DNA of 32,722 nucleotides from Squatina squatina (taxonomy: Eukaryota): NCBI GenBank assembly GCA_031763465.1, contig JARFOE010000057.1, positions 3,956,178-3,988,899 of the forward strand, read 5' to 3'. Below, in pieces: positions 24,132 through 32,722 of the stretch. The notes beneath the pieces are model-generated. The model saw only the letters and a list, made by a program, of their open reading frames with translations, ran no database searches and was not told the origin of the DNA. Numbering within the stretch: position 1 is the first letter of the stretch; every line of letters begins with the position of its first letter. The translations under genes were made by a program, and so were the position numbers.

Positions 24132-24267
24132 CTTCTGCTGAAAGACACTCTTATTGTATAAATTATAGAGTTCTTGAGTTAACTCCTCCCGATTCAGTTT
24201 GAAATTTTTTACATACTTTGATGAACTCAGAGTCAGGTCCTGAAGAAAACAGCCAGGCGTTTGGCAT
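24132..24267 (-). CDS. GCNA: GCNA exon (136 nt), CQTPGCFLQDLTLSSSKYVKNFKLNREELTQELYNLYNKSVFQQK
   Basis: Acceptor tttttcatcAG, donor AAG|GTAAAA, 80-nt intron to the next exon in phase 0. Contains the CxxPGCFL and LYNxSVF motifs that precede SprT. Confidence 0.9.
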
Positions 24268-24896
24268 CTGATGAAAAAGGTAAAAAGGAAATTCTTAAGT
24301 TTGAGTGCGCTTCCCTTCACTCAGGAATTCCTGAACAGATTTGAGGTGTGAAACAAGGAGTATTTGCTGAGCCCCAGTCGGGAGAGAAGTTAAAATTACC
24401 CACTACACTTCCTTCAGGGAAACCTTTTAGCAAGAAGTGGGAGTTATGCTAGCTTGCTTTATTGTGGGGCCTTTCACTGTCTGATGTGCAGCTGTGCCAT
24501 CCGAGACTGCAGCACAACAATAACCCTTGTGGCCTCCTGGACTGCAGACAGAAAGCCAAGATGTGGGAGGCCTGACCTGAATATATCCAAGTAGAGTGTA
24601 CGTCTGACCACTCCAGCGGTGATGAGAGATAAAATGCACTCCCCCACAAACTGCTTATTAAAATGTACAATGGCTCCATAAAATACTAGTGCAGCTCATG
24701 TAACACTGCTTATAGGGAATCTGAGGATATTGTCTTTTAAAAAGGGAGTGAATATGTTATGGCACAGAATATAGTAGTTTTGATTGTCAGAGCAAGTTAT
24801 TTGGTTTGTAACTATTTGAGAGGTTGGAAGTAATTAAGTGGGTTGGAAAACTGAACATTAAGAAAACAGACCTTCAAAAAAAAAAAGAGGGTAAAA

Positions 24897-24900
<4 letters not shown>

Positions 24901-24935
<35 letters not shown>

Positions 24936-24948
24936 ACACACACACACA
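24901..24948. repeat. Compound (GA)n(CA)n microsatellite
   Basis: About 17 GA units followed by about 7 CA units. Confidence 0.95.
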
Positions 24949-25260
24949 GAGAAAAATAAACAGTAAAGGGCTACCAAAAATAGTGCACGAAAAAGGGGAA
25001 AAATACAGCACAACCAGGACAAGAAATGATAGCAACCCATTAGTGCTATTTAAAAAAAGAGCTGTCAAAAAAAAGCATAGAAAGAAACTGGGGTGGGGGA
25101 GATGCTCAGGGAGCAAAGCAGGAAAGAGCAGGTCAGATCTTGCCAGGAATAAAACAAGAGNNNNNNNNNNNNNNNNNNNNNNNNNNNNNNNNNNNNNNNN
25201 NNNNNNNNNNNNNNNNNNNNNNNNNNNNNNNNNNNNNNNNNNNNNNNNNNNNNNNNNNNN

Positions 25261-25645
25261 TGGGGCGATCGGCCGCCACACATCGGCTGACAATAACATT
25301 GGCCGATGTTTTAAGATGGTGGCCGCCGGCACAGGACACGCGCCTTTAAGAGCCCTTGGCAATGACAAGGGAAACCTGCTGTTGCCATGCCAGTGTCGTC
25401 ACGGGGACGGCCGCCTCCAAATCCGGAGGTGCGCCCCTGCAGTGCACAGGGGTTTGGCGTGTGATTGTATGACGTTGCGTCTCTGACACCAGCGCCAATT
25501 GCGTCCCCATTGGCAGGGCCTATATGCCGCCAGATTGCCAGGTTCAAGGCAGCATTTTGTTGATTTTTGGCTCTATGCTGATTTCGCGCCCAGGTAGAGT
25601 CGCTAATTGGCGCCACCCGGGCGTGAAACCACACCAATTGGGGCC
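25261..25645. mobile_element. GC/CpG-rich end of a non-autonomous DNA transposon, abutting a CR1 fragment
   Basis: Sharp CpG enrichment relative to the flanks, ending ...cacaccaattggggccc. The other end is lost in gap 25161-25260. Confidence 0.5.
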
Positions 25646-25647
25646 CT

Positions 25648-25875
25648 CCTCTCTTTCCAGCACTGTAACATTCTCCTTAACCAATACTACCATCCCAACT
25701 GCTTTCCTTCCCTGTGTTTCTTGAAAACCTTACATCCAGGAATATTTAAATCCCAATCCTGCCCTTTTTGAGCCAGGTCTCAGTTATCATATTCCCTTGT
25801 GCCTATTTGCACCTGCAGCTCACCAACCTTATTTACCACACATCCTGCATTCACACACACGCACTGTAAACCTAA
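25648..25875 (-). mobile_element. CR1 ORF2 AP-endonuclease N-terminal fragment, degenerate
   Basis: The minus strand reads VNAGCVVNKVGELQVQI, then after frameshifts ITETWLK, GQDWDLNIPGCKVFKK, GMVVLVKENV. Confidence 0.75.
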
Positions 25876-26793
25876 ACCAAACTCACATCAAAAATATGAA
25901 CACTTGTTTGGAAAAATTGAAATTGTACTAGATTCTGGTTAACAGAATCGATTTGGTTCTTAAAATAGACTAAAATACTGATGACTTCCTGAATGGATAG
26001 GAGATGGATGTAATTAGTACCTGCTGTTGGATCAAACATTTGCCTTCTCTTTAAAAGTCAGTGAGATGCTATTGGTGAAGAATAACCTCTTCGAAACAGA
26101 TTTTTATGTTAATGTCACAAGGTCCCCAGCAAGTATACAAGGAAATTTTATTATAGGGGAGTGTTTTCATTGAAATGTACTTGNNNNNNNNNNNNNNNNN
26201 NNNNNNNNNNNNNNNNNNNNNNNNNNNNNNNNNNNNNNNNNNNNNNNNNNNNNNNNNNNNNNNNNNNNNNNNNNNNNNNNNNNGAAACTACTCATCACCT
26301 GACTATCAGAAGTTGGCTCTAACTTCTGCTGACAAGAAAGATAAACTGATCAAGCTCTTGCTCACCAGTGCCAATTGTTGAACCAGGGCCAGTCCTCTAA
26401 ACACTCTCTCCTCCCCCCACTTGCCTCATTCTTTAAAATCATAATATATTACTCAGCTCCTGTGCCACTGTACACAGAATCAAGACAAAGTGTAAATGGA
26501 AGTAGGGTTAAAGCCAGGGATAAGTGGACCAGAGTATGCAGACATAATTCATTGCGTTTAAAGTCAGGCATTCGGTCTTTATTTTCATAATATAAATTCC
26601 TATATCCANNNNNNNNNNACGGTTATAACTGCCCACGTAAACCTGCCAGTGGAGTTGCTAACAGAAAGTGTGCGCAGGTGTTAAGATTTTGAATACGTTA
26701 GATTATATAGGCACCTCTACATAAACATACTGTGTGTATTAAGTGTTACAGTGAAGCAAAAAAAGCAGCATTGAGCTACAATCTGATGCTTAC

Positions 26794-27088
26794 AAATCTC
26801 AAAATTGTCATCACTACTGGAGTCCAAGATGGCTATGGTTCCACCGCAGTTCTGTGGCTTCTCGTCCACTTTCTCTATCACTACACATTCATCATGTCCT
26901 TCTTGCTTGCTCTCTGGAGTAATTTTTGGCCATGATTCAGCCTCGTCTTCTGAACTAGACAGTAACAGCTTGCACACACATGAATCACAGGTTTTTGGGC
27001 TCTCCTCAGATTCGGAGTGTAGATTCATTGTTGCGTCTTGACAATGATTCTTCAAGGGCTGCCTGGATTTTTCAATTGTTTGTTGAAG
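26794..27088 (-). CDS. GCNA: Probable GCNA N-terminal acidic/disordered exon (295 nt), LQQTIEKSRQPLKNHC...SSSEDEAES...ILDSSSDDNFEI
   Basis: Acceptor ctatttttcAG, donor GTAAGC, open frame rich in S/D/E, with SIM-like VVIE and IAILD motifs. Lies upstream of the SprT exons on the same strand. Confidence 0.72.
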
Positions 27089-28185
27089 CTGAAAAATAGC
27101 AAAAGAATGCAGAGCTAGTTAAATACTTGGAATGGCATGGAACTAAAATAATGAGATGTCAAATACTACAGTGCATAAGTACTGGAAATNNNNNNNNNNN
27201 NNNNNNNNNNNNNNNNNNNNNNNNNNNNNNNNNNNNNNNNNNNNNNNNNNNNNNNNNNNNNNNNNNNNNNNNNNNNNNNNNNNNNNNNNAACATAAGACA
27301 CAAGTAGAGGCATCCAGCTGCTTTATAATTGTACACAGAGATACATTAGATTCTCATTCACATGTATTTACAGCTTCATACTTTAAACAGCCCGAAATCC
27401 AGACAATGCAAACATTGGAGATCTGTACCAATGAAATATCAATTAGATATATGTTAAAATAGCTGACAAAAAAAGGAAATGAAAAAAATTAAAAACCAAA
27501 ATAAATCAAAGCATACTAGAGTTAATGATGATTAAAAATATCCATCTCAGATATTGTAGAATTACCATCATACTCAATGAAATTAGATTCTACCAGAACA
27601 TGCTCACCCGCCTTTGTTGCCACCTCTCCCAGCTCCAGTACAAACCTCATCACCATCCGCTGCTTATTTTTAGTTACTTGTTAAATAAAAATCATTATTT
27701 TATTAATCCATTGAACATCATGAGCCACACATTATCCCTTTCCCCAGTAAGGTGCATGGGACTTTATCAGTTGCAAATGATCTGATATACAAAACCAACC
27801 ACTTGCGCTTTGTTCGATATCACTCCACAGAAGTTTTGCATGAGTGGGCAGAAGAGGGAGTGTCTAATGTAAATATTTACAATCATCATACTGGCTGCTC
27901 CCAGCAAACCAAATGTTACGTCAAGTTGAAGCGATGAGGGGTGAAGTTGAAGTGATTCTTGACGCAGACCTGAGAATAATAAACTCTGAAAGCAGTTCTG
28001 TTATACATTTGAGCAGGTAGATTGTTTGAATGACAGCAAAAGATAATCTTCCAAAAACACCCCACTAAACTTTTGCACCAGTAAAAAGCATATGTAAAAG
28101 GTGTCACCACTAAATATTATCTGTGGTTGGAAACTGCAGAAAGTTGCTAAGTCTACATAATATTAATAACTGATGAGATACTTAC

Positions 28186-28228
28186 CTGGGGGCAAAAGGA
28201 AGAATCCTCAGCCCTTCACAAAATTATC
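28186..28228 (-). other. Possible 43-nt exon (5' UTR of GCNA?)
   Basis: Acceptor atttttgtAG and perfect donor CAG|GTAAGT on the - strand; no homology evidence. Confidence 0.3.
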
Positions 28229-29251
28229 CTACAAAAATCAAATGAATCCATTCAGTGAGGAAGAAGAGCAACCATTCTCCAGACTAACTGGTTTTAATTT
28301 TTCCAACCTGTTCCTGCACTGGGCCAGTCTCCAAAACTTCATTCCAGACCTCAGCGACAGTTGTAGCAGTGCTACTCTGTACAATTATTACAACTGCATG
28401 GTCANNNNNNNNNNNNNNNNNNNNNNNNNNNNNNNNNNNNNNNNNNNNNNNNNNNNNNNNNNNNNNNNNNNNNNNNNNNNNNNNNNNNNNNNNNNNNNNN
28501 NNNNNNNNNNNNNNNNNNNNNNNNNNNNNNNNNNTGGTTATGTTCATCCTTCTGCATCACTTGAAGAAATCGAGCAAACAGCATTAATGATGTATACAGG
28601 ACATTTGTCACACTTCCCTTTCATGTGGATAACAGTTTCCAACACAAGCACAATGACTTTGCATTTAAAAGGCCTAACAAGGCAGAGAGCACAAAGACTG
28701 ACAAGAAAGGGAGCCCCTCTGGTTTATAAAAATAATTTGACAGGGACACATAAAAACATAATGACAACTCTTTAAATAGTTAGTGTAAGGCCTTAATGAA
28801 CTCATCCACCGATCAGGCCTTCAGACATTCAAAAGGAAGCCTCTGCCATTTGTGGAGCGATGAGATGGTAATATAAGATTTTTAACTTCTAATTACTAGT
28901 GAGACATTCTGGCTAAATATCATTACAAATGTTTTCATATTCATCCTGTATAAAGAATACCGTTACTCAATTTAAATCAGAGGTTGTGTTACTGCATATG
29001 GTGCACTCGATACCATCCTGTTTCAGCTTGGTTTAACTCTTACCATCAATAAACGATCGATTCTTTCAATAAAAGGGCTCTAATCTTTGAAGAGTCACTC
29101 TGGGCAGGTATGAAATTGTGTTATTGCCAGAATTTATGGCTTGTCTTAAAANNNNNNNNNNNNNNNNNNNNNNNNNNNNNNNNNNNNNNNNNNNNNNNNN
29201 NNNNNNNNNNNNNNNNNNNNNNNNNNNNNNNNNNNNNNNNNNNNNNNNNNN

Positions 29252-29414
29252 ACATGACACCGAACAATGCAGAAGAGCTGAAGGTCGCTATTGAAGCATC
29301 CTGGTCTTCCATAACACCTCAGCAGTGCCATAGGCTGATAGCTTCCATGCCACGCCGCATTGAGGCAGTAATTGCTGCAAAAGGGGCCCAAACCAAGTAC
29401 CGAGTACATATATA
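29252..29414 (+). mobile_element. 3' end of an older, different Tc1 element (transposase C-terminus) that hosts the nested insertion; probably continues at ~31038-31080
   Basis: PNNAEELKVAIEASWSSITPQQCHRLIASMPRRIEAVIAAKGAQTKY, followed by CGA (29401-29403) where the stop is expected. Confidence 0.88.
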
Positions 29415-29630
29415 CAGTGGTGTGAAAAACTATTTGCCCCCTTCCTGATTTCTTATTCTTTTGCATGTTTGTCACACTTAAATGTTTCTGCTCATCAAAA
29501 ACCGTTAACTATTAGTCAAAGATAACATAATTGAACACAAAATGCAGTTTTTAAATGAAGGTTTACGTTATTAAGGGAGAAAAAAAAACTCCAAATCTAC
29601 ATGGCCCTGTGTGAAAAAGTGATTGCCCCC
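29415..29630 (+). repeat. Left terminal inverted repeat (~215 bp) with outer and inner direct repeats
   Basis: Outer DR cagtggtgtgaaaaactatttgccccc; inner DR ccctgtgtgaaaaagtgattgccccc (29605-29630). Confidence 0.93.
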
Positions 29631-29794
29631 CTTGTTAAAAAATAACTTAACTGTGGTTTATCACACCTGAGTTCAATTTCTGTAGTCACCCCCAGGCCTG
29701 ATTACTGCCACACCTCTTTCAATCAAGAAATCACTTAAATAGGAGCTACCTGACACAGAGAAGTAGACCAAAAGCACCTCAAAAGCTAGACATC

Positions 29795-30817
29795 ATGCCA
29801 AGATCCAAAGAAATTCAGGAACAAATGAGAACAAAAGTAATTGAGATCTATCAGTATGGTAAAGGTTATAAAGCCATTTCTAAAGCTTTGGGACTCCAGC
29901 GAACCACAGTGAGAGCCATTATCCACAAATGGCAAAAACATGGAACAGTGGTGAACCTTCCCAGGAGTGGCCGGCCGACCAAAATTACCCCAAGAGCGCA
30001 GAGACAACTCATCCGAGAGGCCACAAAAGACCCCAGGACAACATCTAAAGAACTGCAGGCCTCACTTGCCTCAATTAAGGTCAGTGTTCACGACTCCACC
30101 ATAAGAAAGAGACTGGGCAAAAACGGCCTGCATGGCAGATTTCCAAGGCGCAAACCACTTTTAAGCAAAAAGAACATTAAGGCTCGTCTCAATTTTGCTA
30201 AAAAACATCTCAATGATTGCCAAGACTTTTGGGAAAATACCTTGTGGACCGACGAGACAAAAGTTGAACTTTTTGGAAGGTGCGTGTCCCGTTACATCTG
30301 GCGTAAAAGTAACACAGCATTTCAGAAAAAGAACATCATACCAACAGTAAAATATGGTGGTGGTAGTGTGATGGTCTGGGGTTGTTTTGCTGCTTCAGGA
30401 CCTGGAAGGCTTGCTGTGATAGATGGAACCATGAATTCTACTGTCTACCAAAAAATCCTGAAGGAGAATGTCCGGCCATCTGTTCGTCAACTCAAGCTGA
30501 AGCGATCTTGGGTGCTGCAGCAGGACAATGACCCAAAACACACCAGCAAATCCACCTCTGAATGGCTGAAGAAAAACAAAATGAAGACTTTGGAGTGGCC
30601 TAGTCAAAGTCCTGACCTGAATCCTATTGAGATGTTGTGGCATGACCTTAAAAAGGCGGTTCATGCTAGAAAACCCTCAAATAAAGCTGAATTACAACAA
30701 TTCTGCAAAGATGAGTGGGCCAAAATTCCTCCAGAGCGCTGTAAAAGACTCGTTGCAAGTTATCGCAAACGCTTGATTGCAGTTATTGCTGCTAAGGGTG
30801 GCCCAACCAGTTATTAG
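29795..30817 (+). CDS. Tc1 DD34E transposase, 340 aa, uninterrupted
   Basis: Paired-like HTH with GRPTK linker, RRKPLL, WTDETK, QQDNDPKH and WPSQSPDLNPIE (34 residues between second D and E), ending KGGPTSY*. Confidence 0.97.
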   Translation: MPRSKEIQEQMRTKVIEIYQYGKGYKAISKALGLQRTTVRAIIHKWQKHGTVVNLPRSGRPTKITPRAQRQLIREATKDPRTTSKELQASLASIKVSVHDSTIRKRLGKNGLHGRFPRRKPLLSKKNIKARLNFAKKHLNDCQDFWENTLWTDETKVELFGRCVSRYIWRKSNTAFQKKNIIPTVKYGGGSVMVWGCFAASGPGRLAVIDGTMNSTVYQKILKENVRPSVRQLKLKRSWVLQQDNDPKHTSKSTSEWLKKNKMKTLEWPSQSPDLNPIEMLWHDLKKAVHARKPSNKAELQQFCKDEWAKIPPERCKRLVASYRKRLIAVIAAKGGPTSY

Positions 30818-30822
30818 GTTCA

Positions 30823-31035
30823 GGGGGCAATTACTTTTTCACACAGGGCCATGTAGGTTTGGATTTTTTTTCTCCCTAAATAATAAAACCCCTCATTTAA
30901 AAACTGCATTTTGTGTTTACTTGTGTTATCTTTGACTAATAGTTAAATGTGTTCGATGATCAGAAACATTTTGCGTGACAAACATGCAAAAGAATAAGAA
31001 GTCAGGAAGGGGGCAAATAGTTTTTCACACCACTG
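30823..31035 (-). repeat. Right terminal inverted repeat (~213 bp), containing AATAAA at 30882-30887 on + as a likely transposase polyA signal
   Basis: Reverse complement of the left TIR, with the terminal 34 bp identical and scattered internal mismatches. Confidence 0.93.
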
Positions 31036-31679
31036 TATACTTATACTTTTCAGAGGTCTGATATGTTCTATATACAATTGCCAAAAGTTTATAGAAACAG
31101 AATTCTTTTTCTGTGACTGTTGTACTGGGAGCAAACAACAGAATAGTGGTAAAATTCCATAATAACCTACTTTTTGCCATGACTTCATTATTCTTCAGAT
31201 ACAAGTAAATCAAATATGGTCAGTGAAATTAGTTTGGCACATACTATTCCATATCTGTGCCCAACGTGACAGCAATATCCTCATACTCTTGTCTGGTCTT
31301 TGCTATCAGTTCTGGACATCCCCAACACATCAGCTGTGAGGCAGCAACACGGGATGCCAATGTTTCCCCTGTAACAAGGAACGCAATACATTTAACATAC
31401 AGAATCACAAATGGAAACAATTGCTTTTACATACCATACATGAATCCATACCCATCATATAGCATAAACCAAGATACGACTCCGTTACACGTGAATTTTT
31501 TTTTTTAGGCGCTTCTTTTAAATTCATATTTACATTCATAATGGATAGAGTATATCTGTTGCGGATTTATTGTGTGCACATATATAACACACTAGTTCAT
31601 CTCCTGTTGCACATAGGGAGCCAAGACCAAGCGCATATTTGGGTTAAACAGGCTTAAAATGCTTGGTTAACTGGCCCCA

Positions 31680-31880
31680 GAGTGGAGGAGGAGGGAGGAG
31701 GAGAGAAGCAGATTAGCATGGCACGTGCAAGAGGAGGATGGGGAGAGGGAAGAGAAGATGAAGACACTAAGTGTGCAAGGAGTGGGAGGGGGTTGAGGCT
31801 AGCTTTTGTTTTCAGTGGAGGGATGGACTGCAAGGCCCATTTCTCTTGTCCATGGTGGGGAGAGGGAGGAGGAGGGGAAG
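31680..31880 (+). repeat. Purine-rich (GGA/GGGA) low-complexity tract
   Basis: gtggaggaggagggaggaggagagaag ... ggggagagggaggaggaggggaag. Confidence 0.6.
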
Positions 31881-32722
31881 ATATTGATTAGATTATTGTT
31901 CAGATAGTAATGAATAGACAGGTGCAATCAGGTAGTTAAGCCATTATGCCGCTCGGTTCAGTTCAGTTCCCAAAGTTTGCAGGCAGCTACTTATAAGCTT
32001 TTTAAAAAGAATTTAGGCTTGATCTGGGTTAAGGGACAATGCGAAAAGTATTTTAAAAGATGCTCTCACCTGAATATTCAAATAACACATACTTTGCTAT
32101 GATCAGTTAGAGGCATATTTATGGTCAATGTTTTCACTAACAATGGACTGACAGGCTGGAATTTTAATATTTGTTTTTTTAGCTAGCCTTTGGATTTGAG
32201 CTGGAGAACTATTGTTGAAGTAATTAGTTTTAAATCTGTCATCTTTTCAAATTAGTTACTTATTGCAGCTGGCCAGATGGGGAAGGCAAAGTACAATTTG
32301 GCTGTCAATGCAATGTTAGTTGAGCCCCACTGTACTTAAAATGGATAACAGTATAACACTCTGCCACCTGCAAGCACAATACCAATGGAATGTTACAATC
32401 ATCACCCACCACTCCTTTTTTTAGTAATAGATATACATAAGCACATAATTGGTGTATGTTACACACACCCACAGTACACATTATTATTTAAAACCATGTG
32501 CATAGCTAGGCAGAATCTGGATTTTCTATTGTACAGAATCCTTACTCAAAATTCACGCAGAAAAATATTTTAAAAAGGAGTAAAGCAGCGAACACAATTA
32601 CCTTCCACTGAACCCACCAACTTAGTTAATACTGCTTTGTCCAACATCACTACCAGTATACATTCAATGGAACAGATAAACTCAGTAACTATAAACCAGT
32701 CAGCCTAACGTCAATGATCCAG

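Larger units (their letters stand above)
29415..31035 (+). mobile_element. Full-length 1,621-bp Tc1/mariner IR/DR transposon, Frog Prince/Txr-like, with TA target-site duplication (29413-29414 and 31036-31037)
   Basis: TA|CAGTGGTGTGAAAAACTATTTGCCCCC ... GGGGGCAAATAGTTTTTCACACCACTG|TA enclosing a single intact transposase ORF. Confidence 0.97.

Noticed and set aside
24824-25486. 220-aa and 164-aa ORFs
   Set aside because: They span a microsatellite, A-rich sequence, an N gap and a transposon end.
25261-25645. CpG island or promoter
   Set aside because: It lies within GCNA and ends abruptly in a MITE-like terminus next to a CR1 fragment, so a young repeat explains it better.
28173-28775. 200-aa ORF
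   Set aside because: Held open by a 130-N gap, with no recognisable motif.
29786-30664. Antisense ORFs within the Tc1 element
   Set aside because: Shadow frames of the transposase with no independent support.

Overview
Eukaryotic (vertebrate, most likely shark/chondrichthyan judging by its CR1, RTE, Penelope-type and MITE repeats) draft-assembly window broken by 22 N-gaps, 17 of them 100-N placeholders. Most ORF-track entries are spurious; the real coding signal is in spliced exons. The + strand carries late exons of DLG3/SAP102 (hook region and guanylate-kinase domain). The - strand carries four exons of GCNA/ACRC (acidic region and SprT HEXXH metalloprotease) followed in tandem by six scattered exons of the meiotic gene TEX11, including its terminal exon, which converges tail-to-tail with DLG3. 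The last contig holds a complete 1,621-bp Frog Prince/Txr-like Tc1 (DD34E) transposon with an uninterrupted 340-aa transposase, ~215-bp IR/DR terminal repeats and a TA duplication, nested in the 3' end of a different Tc1 element. Other points of interest are a candidate 30-nt DLG3 microexon only 50 nt from the preceding exon, splice-site and exon lesions in DLG3 and TEX11 that hint at a decaying copy or assembly errors, and a 1.7-kb composite satellite. Gene and family assignments come from recalled homologous sequences, not from database searches.
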